Assembly: GCA_951406725.2 (NCBI GenBank) | Contig: OX597836.1 | Coordinates: forward strand, 8,060,001-8,124,000 | Direction of reading: 5' to 3' | Source of the DNA: Octopus vulgaris | Taxonomy: Eukaryota | Length of the DNA: 64,000 nt | Shown: positions 1 to 12,183 of the stretch, piece after piece | Numbering within the stretch: the first letter of the stretch is position 1 | Layout: every line of letters begins with the position of its first letter | Notes under the pieces: model-generated | The model's input: the letters and a program-made list of their open reading frames with translations, nothing else | Told to the model about the DNA's origin: nothing | Database searches by the model: none | Position numbers and translations under genes: made by a program

Positions 1-21
1 GTTTTTCTGAAATGGATGACA
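1..21 (-). CDS. Possible 5' edge of a downstream exon of the minus-strand gene (continues off the window)
   Basis: Minus strand has a pyrimidine-rich tract followed by ttccAG (AG at 23-22) and tttcAG (AG at 8-7), 15 nt apart. Both are open in phase 1 (VSSISEK or EK). Too short to verify. Confidence 0.25.
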
Positions 22-229
22 CTGGAACTCAAAAAGCATAACATCAAGACAAGGAGACAAAGCATTCACATACACAATGGGCTTCTTGCAGTTTCCATTC
101 ACCAAATCTATTCACAAACCTTACGTGGCCAGTGAAATTAAATTTTCAAAAAAAAAAAAAAAAAAACTTCAATCAGGAAGTGAGATACATCCACTGAAAT
201 AATAAGTCTTTCGCTAACTAAATAAATGT

Positions 230-445
230 TTCTGATTCAGGCACAAGGCCAGCAATTTCAAGGGAAGTGAGTTAGTAACAACGACAACAGTACTAAACAG
301 GTACTTTTATTTTATCGACCCTACTGATCCTGGAAGGCCGAAAGGTAAAAGTTGACTTCAGCCACATTTGAACAGGGAATGTAATGACCCAGAAGAATAA
401 CTGCAAGACATTTCTTCTGATGCCCTAATGAATTTGCTGCTTGCA
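230..445 (-). mobile_element. Degenerate SINE family B (Meta-domain-like)
   Basis: Diverged reverse complement of the 38008-38240 element (ttatcgaccc...gaaaggtaaaagttgac). Confidence 0.6.
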
Positions 446-459
446 AACCCTATCTTTTT

Positions 460-669
460 TAAATAATGGAATGGAAAAGCTTATATGTTGAATTGTATGA
501 CTTTCATATGATCAACTTTTGAAATAATCAGGGTCCATGTAGGATCCTGATGTAACAATTTATGTACATCATAAAATATTTTTTAAACATCAAGTGGCTA
601 CAAGGATCCACTCAAGTAAAATGGGAATTGAAAGGGGTCCATAGGTGGAAAATGGATGAGAAACACTGG
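460..669 (-). mobile_element. Partial hAT/Charlie-like MITE
   Basis: Ends in gatgagaaacactg and resembles the 31093 and 32403 MITEs (ggggtccatagg). Confidence 0.5.
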
Positions 670-834
670 TTTAAATGACACTTATTACACAGGCTAGTAC
701 ACAAAGGAACTTACAGAATAATGCTTCAAAGTCTCATTCAAACCATTCCAGCATGGAAAAAGCAGATAAAAAACAATTATGATACACACATGCATATATA
801 TATATAAATATACATACACACACACACACATCTA

Positions 835-1050
835 TATTATCATCCACCGTCCATGTTCCATGCTGGCATAAGTAGGATGGTTTAACGGTATCTGATAGGC
901 CCAAAAACAGCATCATGCTCCAGTGCCTGCTTTGACATGGTCTCTATGCCTGAAAACCCTTTCTAATGCCAACCATTTTACAGCATGCACTAGTTACTTT
1001 TTTCATGCCTTCAGCACTAATGAGGTGGCCATGCATCTTGCAACAGGACA
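835..1050 (-). mobile_element. RTE LINE 3'-end-derived repeat
   Basis: ccatgctggcat...ttctaatgccaaccatttt, homologous to 7340-7540 and the 3' end of 18295-18800. Confidence 0.55.
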
Positions 1051-1499
1051 CCTTTATGCTAGGAGATGAAAGGGAGGAGTATGAGAGAAGAGGCCAGACA
1101 AAAGCAGGTTCCTTGTTGTAGAGGATCTACATGGCTACTTAGAACGTAGAAGAGAAGGTGGGAATGATTGCGTGACATTTTAGAAGAGAGGGTGGGAATA
1201 ATTGAGTAACATGGGAAAGTGATAATAAATTAGTGATGAGGTGTCAGGAAAGACATTGGAAGTACACAGGTCGGTGTTTACATTCCTGAGTCTGCACTTT
1301 CAAAGAAGTAGAATAAAAACTTAATTGTTAAATGGGAAAGGGTTGACAACAGAAAGACCATCTGACTGTAAAAATACTGCTTCAAATAAGTACTCATCTA
1401 ACCCAAACCAGCATAGAAATATGGATGTACAATGAACACACAATTTAATATTCACACACACGCATACACAAGTATACATACATACATGCATGCATGTAC

Positions 1500-1895
1500 C
1501 TTTTACTTGTTTCAGTCATTAGACTGCAGCCATGCTATGGCATTGCCTTGAATGAAACGAACTGATCCCAGGATGTACTTTTTGAAAGCCTGGTACTTAT
1601 TCTATCAGTCTAGCAATTTTGCCAAACTTCTAAGTTATGGGGATGTTAACACACCAACAAAGCTGACAAACAGTGGGGGACAAACACAGACACTAAAACA
1701 CACATACGTGTGTGTGTGTGTGTGTGTATATATATATGCACACACACGATGGGCTTCTTTTAGTTTGCGTCTACCAAATTCACTCACAAGGCCTTTGGTC
1801 GAACCAAGGCTGCAGTAGAAGACATTTGCCAAAGGTACCACTCAGTGGGACTGAACCCAGAACCATATGCTTGGGAAGCAAACTTCTTACTACAC
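1500..1895 (-). mobile_element. tRNA-derived SINE family A
   Basis: Reverse complement of the 34921-35340 consensus (gactgaaacaagtaaaa tail, ctaccaaatccactcacaaggc body). Confidence 0.8.
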
Positions 1896-2482
1896 AGATG
1901 ATAAAATATATGTTGCAACTAGTATACATACTAACATAGATTACACTATAATAATCAGTAGCTTTATATTCAGTGCACATTATTTTGCGTACTAAATTAC
2001 ACAAACCTAGAAAACATATACAGGTGTATGTACATAAATATATTAATGAATATAAATACATATTCATATATTCAGAATACACACACTGTGTATGTATATA
2101 TATATAGAAGCATACATACATACTCACACAAACGTAGATCTGTTTGTATGGAAAGTTATGAGTAAGCATGTAGATGTTTTGAAAAAGTTAAATGTAAACA
2201 AAAGGTTTTTAACTACAGAACACTTGACCAGAGCAACCAAACCGTCATTAGTCAATACTAGTGTACTACAAGTACACAGCAGACGGACAAGAACTGATTG
2301 ACCAACACACTACTGGTCAACAAAGTAGTAGCGATCTGCTAGAAATAGCAGCAAAGCATGCCACAAAATCACACTTATATGCAGCAGATACTTTGGCCAT
2401 GCCTGGAACGTCATGGATTATTAAAAATTTATTAATTCACGGCTGACCAAATTACATGAACACACAGGAGATAGTAAAACTA

Positions 2483-2513
<31 letters not shown>

Positions 2514-2519
2514 ATCCAA

Positions 2520-2708
2520 ACACGAAAACACAAAAAAAACACAACGCGAGGACGTGGAACAAATATAGTATTATTGGACGCTCAGGAAAGGGAAGAAGGA
2601 GGGTTTAACGTTTCGAGCGGAGCTCTTCGTCGGAAACATAGGGGAAGGAAAGATCCAGAGAAGGGAAGACAGAGGGAAAAAAATCGCCAACGGTACACAC
2701 GAGGTCAT
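2520..2708 (-). mobile_element. Penelope-like pLTR fragment carrying a hammerhead motif
   Basis: Homologous to 7221-7330. Contains CCGACGA-A-GAGCtccGCTC-GAAACGTT. Confidence 0.6.
2603..2637 (-). ncRNA. Minimal type I hammerhead ribozyme motif (variant core CCGACGA)
   Basis: GTTT-CCGACGA-A-GAGC(tcc)GCTC-GAAAC-GT-T|AAAC: stem I GTTT/AAAC, stem II GAGC/GCTC, palindromic AACGTT stem III. Confidence 0.6.
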
Positions 2709-3537
2709 ATACACACACACACACACGCACTGTTCGAATAGAGTTAAGACGGTCATGGTTGGAGCGTCTTTTAATCCATGGGTTTACTGGACCAGAGCCT
2801 GCACTGGGGCTAAAGTACAAGCAACACGACACAAGGTCTAAAACCTGGGTATTTCAACGAGTATGACGCTAGAAAAGGTACTAAGCTTACAATACTCGGG
2901 AACAATTAAAAGCTATCGTTAGCTGGTTGTATGCTATTATATCTACATGTCAATCCATACAGACAAACGTATATATACGCATAAGGTATCCGATCCGTAC
3001 AAACTGTAAATCTCACTCAGGGACTGGTACCCAGCGCAGCAGTTATGTGTGTGTGTATGAATGTTTAAAAGTCGCTTTTAACCCCCCACCCCCCATGCTA
3101 CATGAACGAATATTTATAAAAGCGGGAAACATAGATGTTCGGTATTTGACCCAAGTACTTGGGGGGTAAATAAGGGGGTGAGTACTGTAAGCTATAAGCA
3201 GCGTCAGGGTGTGTGTGTGTTACATCCTAACACCAGCGTATACATGTCGAAAGGCGGTCAGAGAAACAGAGTGACAGAGATAAACTGAGAGTGAGGAAGG
3301 GAGGGTGGAAATGAGGAAGGCGGGTGAGAGGGGTGGGAGATGATGTGAAGAAAAAAAAAAAAAAGAAAGTAGGTTTGAAAAAGAGACACCCAGCCCCGCC
3401 GCTCCATCATCATTATCACTACCAATCTTTCCTGCACGACCAGCATCAATGAGATTATTATTATAAATAGAACATTTAATGATACACTCTAAGACTACTG
3501 CTACTTCGTCTTCATAACAAATAACTGACTATTTACT

Positions 3538-3581
<44 letters not shown>

Positions 3582-3894
3582 GCACAGATACATGGCTATA
3601 TTAACAAACATATTTATGAACACACGATGTTTATTTACTTTGTACCGTTTATGTGTACGTGCATGTGAATATCTATATTTATATATAAATCCACACATAC
3701 ATATGCACTCACTCTCCCTCTCTCACGTACATCTTTTACCTTCAATATACTTAGTACTCTACATTACTTTCCAAACACCACCTTCTCCCAAGCACGTTGC
3801 CAAAATTTCCATTCATTGTAATATTAAAAACACGAAATTAAAATGAAAACTACATGTGATTGTATCAGCATATGCATACATATATACATATGCA

Positions 3895-3946
<52 letters not shown>

Positions 3947-4442
3947 AACGGTAGGTTTGCAGTGTTGAAGCTATCCTGTCATTTTCGACAGAAAACTTGC
4001 CTCAGTTTATGCAAGTTTTCTTAATGAAGACTTTACAGAACAAGGAAGCAATTTATTTTCAAAAGTTAAAAATATTTCTATTCACGTTGTCGGCCTTCAG
4101 GCGTTTGCTTGCCTGCTCGCGTATGTGTGTGTGTGCGCGTGTTTTCAGAGAGAGAGAGAGAGAGAGAGGTGTCAAGTCACGGATACAGGACAATTAGGAC
4201 ATATGAACTCAATGAAAGTTGAGGACTTCCTCCATTAAAGCAATATTGCAACAATGTTTCATTCACATTTTGACAGTTCAAAATAATGATCACAAAAATG
4301 TAAGGACTTCAGAATTTGCAAACATACTGGGCAAAAGTACGTGGATCAAGCCAATGACCCAGTATCCGGTAGTTAAAAAAAAACAACAAACATTACAAAC
4401 CAAGTGCTTGATTTGCACAAACACACATACGTTACTGCAGTA

Positions 4443-4484
4443 GATGCTTATGAACACTTCGGGACGGAAGTGTTCATAAGCATC
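4443..4484. repeat. Perfect 18-bp inverted repeat with 6-nt loop
   Basis: GATGCTTATGAACACTTC (4443-4460) gggacg GAAGTGTTCATAAGCATC (4467-4484). Confidence 0.95.
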
Positions 4485-4545
4485 AATAACTAAATGATAA
4501 CATATTCATAACTTACGGATCCACTAGTTTTGATAAATACATCAC

Positions 4546-4617
<72 letters not shown>

Positions 4618-4618
<1 letters not shown>

Positions 4619-4866
4619 AGGAATGCTGAAAAGTTTCTGGTTTTAAGGGTGTCGCGAATGGCCTGGTTGGAAACCCACTTTCCATGTTCTTTTACAGGGT
4701 TTAGAAAAACTTAAGGACCACTGCAATGAGGAGATTTAAGGCGGTGCTCCAGCATGGCCGCAGTCTTGCGACTGAAACCATTAGAGGAATAGAAAAAAAA
4801 AAACTGATCCTGCTTTATTTTATTTTCCCCAATGCCAGCAACTTTTCAGGATCCTCCTCCCCATGT
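4618..4866 (+). mobile_element. Mariner-derived MITE interrupted by a SINE A tail
   Basis: Homologous to 55568-55786 (gctgaaaagtt..ctggttttaagggtg). SINE tail at about 4735-4795. Confidence 0.7.
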
Positions 4867-4917
4867 ATATGCACACGCACACACACGAGAGAAAAACTCA
4901 TTTAGCACCAGTACATA

Positions 4918-5095
4918 ATTATTTAAAATATTTTGACTCTGCTCCTTACGACTAAGTTTCGCGGGCCTCTTCACAGAACTTCTGACTCATCCAGACTTAG
5001 ATAACTGGTTATCTAAGCTTGTATGAGCCAGGTCTCTGTAAAGCGGCCTGCGAAACTATAAGTTGCGTAGAACCGAATCAAACTATTTTAAATAA
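4918..5095. repeat. ~180-bp imperfect palindrome (foldback)
   Basis: Arms of ~87 bp around a TG centre at 5006-5007. Core CTTAGATAAC/GTTATCTAAG, with matches extending out to ttatttaaaata at both ends. Confidence 0.85.
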
Positions 5096-5132
<37 letters not shown>

Positions 5133-5726
5133 CATGTATACATATCTATAGATCACACACCCAGAACGTATAAATTATATTCTCTGCTTAATGTTATCTC
5201 AGATTTTGTCTCAAAGTGATCACACTAAGCGGATATATATCAGTTCTTGATAGTTATTAATAGGTGGAGATAGTGTGATGCATATTCATTCATTCATTCT
5301 CCCACCCACCCCACATCCACAACCACCACCACCACCACCATCTTCAAGAGCCAATACATACGTTAAACGGATGTAAATGGAAATGGCTCCATTACTGGAG
5401 CTGGAAATTGAAACTGGGTCATCACCTCACCCACCTTACTACCACCACCACCACCATCGACACCGCCGCCTCCATATAGCAACCTACCATTATCGATTTT
5501 CGTTCAGGCACCACCAGGACCACTCCACTCGTTTATAAAGTAATAAAAATGGAATCCTTGTGATGTTTATTTATACTGCCAGCAGTGCCATCCGCCGCCA
5601 CCATCTCTCAGCCAATTCGTCACTTAACCGCTACCACCACCACCACCTCCATTGCCGCAACCCTTCGTCCTATTTCTCTTGTTTTCCTTTTCTTTCAGGA
5701 GTAAAGCGAAAAAAAGAAAAACAAAG

Positions 5727-5757
<31 letters not shown>

Positions 5758-5984
5758 AAGGAAATGCATGAATACCACGTAATATCATCATTACTCACAC
5801 ACACAAACAAAAACCATATTCCCCACCCCCGCTCTTTTTCTCCCTCTACCTGACACACACACACACACACTTCAAACAATGATATTAATCAATGGAATAA
5901 TTACTTAACGCCAATTTTTATAAGGACGGAAATTCGCTTCCCTCTAATTTTTTTCTTCCCTTTCTTTCTTCTGGTCAAAATATC

Positions 5985-6045
5985 TTCCGCGCATTTATGG
6001 TGCCGCACATTGGCCTGCGCGAAACTCTCGGCCCTTCAGTCACAC
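5985..6045. promoter_or_regulatory. Small CpG-rich patch with E2F-like and CCAAT motifs
   Basis: ATTGG 6009-6013, GCGCGAAA 6017-6024 and TCAGTC 6036-6041 in otherwise CpG-poor DNA. Confidence 0.25.
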
Positions 6046-6133
6046 TTTGTAACTTTTGTCAATAAATAGAAAATACTTATTACACGTTTTGGCTTCTATT
6101 TTGTTGTTTATATCAAACCTATGTACATGTGTA

Positions 6134-6179
<46 letters not shown>

Positions 6180-6387
6180 CTTGAAATTGGTGTTAGTGTG
6201 TTTACGTCCCCGTAATCTGGTGGTTCGACAAAAGGAGCTGAAGTCTAAGTCGAACAGTTCACAAAATCATAAACTGTTGGGGGAGGGGGGGGTCGTCTAA
6301 AAATGCTTGGAGACCCCCAACATAACCGCAGTTCAGTTGGCTGCAAGAAAAGCTAACAAGTTATACACACACATATATATATATATA

Positions 6388-6759
6388 CTAGCAGTATCGC
6401 CCGGCGTTGCTCAGGTTTGTAAGGGAAATAACTATAAAGCATTTTTAGAGAGTTATAGCCAAAAAATAGCAAAAAAATGGGAAAAAAATGATGGTAAATC
6501 TTTTTTGAGAGTTAAAAAAGGTGGAGTTGCGTCTGTGGTTTGGGTTTCTGATTCTCGACCCCATGTCGAATTTATCGATTTTTTTCAGAACTGGGGGAAC
6601 TTTTCAAAATTTTCGCTGCGTTAGTTTTGAATTATGACATTGGGCTATGTGTGTGTCAAGTTTCATCAGAATCGGTTGAAAGCCGTGGTACGAGTGAGGG
6701 TACGAGAAAACAGACACACAGAAAACGCACAGACAAACTGCCGTTTATATACAGAGAGA
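6388..6759 (-). mobile_element. Non-autonomous Helitron, copy 1
   Basis: Minus strand 5' A|TC, subterminal hairpin (cccggcgttgctcagg), 3' CTAG|T. Inserted in (TA)n. Near-identical to 58850-59227. Confidence 0.8.
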
Positions 6760-6760
6760 T

Positions 6761-7220
6761 ATATAAACATATATTCATATACATATAAATGTATATAAAC
6801 ATATATATACATATATATATATATATACATAAACATACATATATATATATATATACATAAACATACATATATATATACATAAACATATATATATATACAT
6901 AAACATACATATATATATATATACATAAACATATATATATATACATAAACATATATATATATACATAAACATACATATATATACATAAACATACATATAT
7001 ATATATGTATATAAACATATATATATATATACATAAACATACATATATATATATATGTATATAAACATATATATATATATACATATATATAAACACATAT
7101 ATATATATATATACATAAACATATATCTATATGCACACATATATATAAACATATATGCATATATATGTATATATACATGCAAATATATATATACATACAA
7201 ATATATATACATATATATAT
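6761..7220. repeat. (TA)n/(TACATAAACA) microsatellite mosaic
   Basis: Direct inspection. Confidence 0.95.
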
Positions 7221-7330
7221 GACCGCGTGTGTATTGTTGGCAATTATTTTTCCTCCGTCTTCCCTTCCTTGGATCTTTCCTTTTCCTATGTTTCTGACGA
7301 AGAGCTCCGCTCGAAATGTTACATCCTCCT
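7221..7330 (+). mobile_element. Penelope-like pLTR fragment with hammerhead core
   Basis: CTGACGA 7294-7300, stem II GAGC/GCTC, GAAA 7313-7316. Paralogue of 2520-2708. Confidence 0.6.
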
Positions 7331-7339
7331 TCTTATATA

Positions 7340-7540
7340 TACATCATCATCATCCGCTTTCCATGCTAGCATGGGTTGGCTGATTTAACTGAAGACTGGC
7401 GAACCAGGCTCCAATCTGATCTGGCAGAGTTACTACAGCTGGATGCCTTTCCTATCACCAACCACTCCAAGAGTGTAGCGGGTGCTTTTATGTGCCACCT
7501 GCACAGGAGTCAGTTCAGCGGCACTGGCAACGACCTCAAT
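7340..7540 (-). mobile_element. RTE 3'-end-derived repeat with (CAT)n tail
   Basis: catcatcatcc..ccatgctagcatgggttgg...ggatgccttt; matches the reverse complement of 18650-18800. Confidence 0.65.
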
Positions 7541-7749
7541 ACATATGTATATATACATATATGAATATATATATGCATACATATTAATATATATATATGC
7601 ATATATATATATATACAAATATATACATATATATCTATAAATATATATATACATATATATAAATATATATATATATACATATATATAAATATATATATAT
7701 ATACATATATATAAATATATATATATATAAACATAGCCTACAGAAAGAA

Positions 7750-8740
7750 AAGGGGTAAAGGAAAGAAATAAGCAGAAAACTAATAAAGGACAAATACAGA
7801 GCGACATGTGAATTTTAAATAAAAGCTTAAAGGCTTGGAAATAGATATATCTAGTGGAAGTTAATGTTAAAAGAAAATCAATGTTCAAATTATATAGAAT
7901 GGTAGATATCACTTATATGAACTAAAGGTATGTTTATGCCAATGTTTACATTGATAAGCACATCTATAAACATGTTTACAAAGGGATTCTTAGAAAATAG
8001 AATAGAAATTGACAGCATTCTTTACCCTTATCATATGGGAATGAAATGGAGAGAATCAACCAATCTAAATTAAATTGCTTATTATGGTCTTTTAGATATC
8101 AAATTAATTTACTAAGCACTGTACTGTTGCGTTTATCACTATCCCTAAATGTAAAGTAATTCTTTTAGATAACTAAGAAGAAGAACTACCTATATAAAAA
8201 AAAGTCATCGGTACCAGAAGTAATTTTACACTGGTATATAGGGGTTTTAGTCTTAGAATTACTAGGCATAAACTTAATTCTGTTGGAATTGACTTCAGAG
8301 ACATAACCTTGTTGTTAATATTTCTAGGGAGATGGTCAGTATTAGCTAAATTAATGTTATTATTTTCAGTAATTGAATTCTTATTTAACCGACTAATATT
8401 ATGTGAAGAGATAATTTCAGATAGGTTTTTTTGTGTTAGAAAAACTAATCCTAATCGTGTGCAAGTTGATAATCGAATTCTTTGGAAAATTCCAAATAAT
8501 AGCTTCCCAAAACTGGAAAGGAAGTTTAGATTTCATTTCCCTCCCATATGAAATAATCAACCAAATAGTTTTGCTAGTAGTTGCCTTCTTCTTAGTGTGA
8601 CTATCTTTAAAAGACATCGATTCACCTTTAGAATGAACAGAGGGGCTTAAATAACGGTTACCTCCCTTACGCTGTAAAAAAAATTCCTCTGCTTGGTGTC
8701 TGAATTAAAACCAAATCTGTTCATACCGTTACAACATATG
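7750..8740 (-). mobile_element. Penelope-like element remnant (linker plus GIY-YIG endonuclease, disrupted)
   Basis: Minus-strand translation gives IWLIISYG...NFPKNS..NLHTIRISFSN..NLSEIISSHN, then PIYQCKIT...FYIGSS...NSTVLSKLI*YLKD...LDWLIL...PYDKGKECC. This matches the Penelope/Poseidon C-terminal pattern, with stops and frameshifts. Confidence 0.8.
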
Positions 8741-8865
8741 TACATACATCAAATACTAGATGGTCTTCGTCGCACCAACAAACTACATGTACATATATAC
8801 ATACACACATACGTACATATATTAATACACACACATATGTACATATACACATATATACTCTTTGC

Positions 8866-9032
8866 TGTTTTACTTGTTTATCATCTGACTGTGGCCATGC
8901 TGGAGCACCGCCTTTAGTTGAGCAAATGAAACCCAGGACTTATTCTTTGTAAGCCTAGTACTTATTCTATCGGTCTCTTGCCGAACCGCTAAGTTATGGG
9001 GACGTAATGACACCAGCATCGGTTATCAAACG
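8866..9032 (-). mobile_element. SINE family A, 3' half
   Basis: ctggagcaccgcctttag...ccgaaccgctaagttatgggga. Confidence 0.75.
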
Positions 9033-9039
9033 TGGGTAA

Positions 9040-10340
9040 AATATGTCCTATTCATAAAAGATGTGACAGAACTGAGGCCAAAAACTACAGACTATCTCTC
9101 TGACCTCACACATCAGCAAAGTCATGCAACGAATAGTCAGAAGAAAACTAATCGCTCTCCTTGAAGAAAATGACTTGATGACTGACACCCAACATGATTT
9201 CCAACCAGGAAGAAGCTGCCTGACTCAGCTTTTACAACACTGTGACTTGGTGCTGAAACAGCTGCTCAATCACTCAAATCTGGAAGTGATATATCTCGAT
9301 GTTGCAAAGGGTTTTGATACAGTTGATCATGGAATATGTCACAAACTGCATGACCTTGGCATAGTCGGAAAATTGGAAGAATGGCTTCATGACTTTCTGA
9401 ATGTTAGAAGTCAGGTGGTAGTAGCCAATGGAGCCACCTCCAATGACATGCAAATAGTGAGTGGTGTTCCAAAAGGGACCACTACTGTTCATAATGGCCT
9501 TCTCAGAAATGCCATCAGCCATACAGGTAATATACTATGCACCTGCAATGTGAGCTGGATGAAATATAATATACAAGTGGGCTGAAAAGAATAGCATGCA
9601 GATTAATGCTGATAAGTTTCAACTTATGCTATGAGCATGCAAAACTAAATGCAATACCAATTAAATAAGCTGGACCTGGAGGAATTGCAATCCCAGAGGC
9701 ACAGTCAGTGCAAGACCTGGGCAATTTACATAAGTAATGATGCAACCTACAATGTGCATGTTGCTAAACTGGCAAATGAAATGCAGACAGCTGACCGGAT
9801 GAACTCTTAGAAATCCTAGAACAAGAGATCAGGAAACCATGATCATCCTCTGGAGGATCCTTGTCCTAGGCCACTTTGACTACTGGCTCTCAGCTATGGT
9901 CACCAACCAGTGTCAAATCAATCTCAGGACTTGAGGCAATCCAATGAAGCTACACGAAGAAGATAGCCTCTATGCAGCATATAAGCCACAGGGAAGAGAT
10001 TAAGTCTCTCTTCCTTAGAGCATAGACGAGGGAAGATCCAGGAAGTGCATATACTAAACTTTGGCATCAGGAGTTACACAAATACAAGAACTGGGCACCA
10101 CTGCATAGTGTCAAGGACTCCAAATTTGCCATCAAGATGTAGGACAAGATACTGCAAGAGCTCGGGCTTCAAAGGACAACAGCTCTTCAATATCCTCCCA
10201 AATGAACTGAGAGACCTGCATGGGGTGGATTTAGAAGTCTTCAAAATATAAGTAGACATCCTACTGTCAAGTGTCCCAGATGAGCCAACTTTATGGCAGG
10301 AGATTCGAGCGAATGAGGTCAGCGATATCAAACTCCCTCA
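9040..10340 (+). mobile_element. 5'-truncated CR1/L2-clade LINE reverse transcriptase pseudogene
   Basis: TSHISKVMQRIVR...QHDFQPGRSCLTQLL...IYLDVAKGFDTVDHG...WLHDFL...SGVPKGT, plus C-terminal LFNILPNELRDL...VPDEPT. Frameshifts present and the YADD region appears deleted. Confidence 0.9.
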
Positions 10341-10732
10341 TACATGTACATAAATACACATAGATATATATATATACATATCTACACACATATACATACA
10401 TGTATACATATACACATATTTATAAAAACATATCTACACACATATACATACATACACATATATACATACACACAAATATATATACACACATACACATGTA
10501 TATACATACAAATATATATATATACACATGTATATATACATATATATATATACACATGTATATATACATATATACACATATATATATATATATATACACA
10601 CACACATATATCCATATATTATATATACATACATATATCCATATACATATACGTGTGTGTGTATATATATATATATACACACACACATATATCCATATAT
10701 TATATATACATACATATATCCATATATTATAT

Positions 10733-10765
<33 letters not shown>

Positions 10766-11230
10766 CATACACATATATATATATACATACACATATATAT
10801 ATACATATATATACATACACATATATATATACATACACACATAAATATACATACACACATATATATATACATACACACATATATATATATATACACACAT
10901 ATATATATATATATACACACACACATATATATATATACATAGATATATATATACACACACACATATATATATATATACATAGATATATATATACACACAT
11001 ATATATACATATATATATACACACATATATACATATATATATACACACACACATACACATATATATATACACACATATATATACACACATATATACACAC
11101 ACATATACATATATATATACACACATATACATATATATATACACACATATACATATATATATACACATACATATATATATACACACATATACATATATAT
11201 ATACACACATATACATATATATATACACAC

Positions 11231-11282
<52 letters not shown>

Positions 11283-11422
11283 CCATATATATATATATAT
11301 ACACACACATATCCATATATACACACATATCCATATATATATATACACACATATCCATATATATATACACACACATATCCATATATATATACACATATAT
11401 ATATATATATATATACACACAC

Positions 11423-11455
<33 letters not shown>

Positions 11456-11548
11456 TATATATACACACATATACATATATATACACACATATACATATAT
11501 ATATACACATATACATATATATATACACATATACATATATATATACAC

Positions 11549-11597
<49 letters not shown>

Positions 11598-11662
11598 TAT
11601 ATATATACATATACACACATATACATATATATATACACATATATATATATACACACATATAC

Positions 11663-11699
<37 letters not shown>

Positions 11700-11718
11700 T
11701 ATACATATATGTATATAT
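10341..11718. repeat. 1.4-kb (TA)/(CA) microsatellite mosaic
   Basis: Direct inspection. Source of the 300-430 aa Y/I/H/T ORFs. Confidence 0.95.
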
Positions 11719-12183
11719 GACCGTTTTAATTTATATCCATTTACTAATAAGTTCGAGTCGTGGTGAGGTCCACCCTAACAATCTGAAATCAATAAAACGA
11801 AGGACCAGTCACGTACTGGGGCTTAAACTCTCCAACTCTCCATACTTCTATCCCCAACACAAACACAAAAAAATCCTTGACTGATAGATACCCTTATTAG
11901 TATAGGTCTCTAACAGGTGGTGGTCGTGGGTTTATAAGTTTAAATGATTGCTACTGGTCCAGATTCTAAATTATAAATAATAAAAAAATGTAAAGAAATG
12001 TAAAAGAAAGCGTGTTTTCTAGCTATAAAATAAGGAAGGGCTGGCTGTGAGCCCGAAAAGTTTAGCAGTAAGGAGTGGTGCCTAATTTATTAAGCTTATG
12101 ACTTAGACCCCATTATACTTTAAATTACTCTTTAAAGTTTAGGGATCCTAAGTTTTATAATTTAATGTGTACTATTCTTTTAT

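Noticed and set aside
9124-9585. Functional reverse transcriptase gene
   Set aside because: 5'-truncated, catalytic YADD region missing, frameshifts and stops downstream.
10344-11766. ORFs of 166-428 aa rich in Y/I/H/T/C/V
   Set aside because: Translations of (TA)/(CA) microsatellite, open in several frames on both strands. The same applies to ORFs at 6656-7212, 29080-29378, 40375-42386, 46384-46905 and 60150-60458.
11720-11825. Minus-strand acceptor-like ttgatttcAG as candidate exon 2
   Set aside because: Overlaps a degenerate SINE-like segment (aataaaacgaaggaccagtcacgtactgggg), and no matching donor or credible frame was found.
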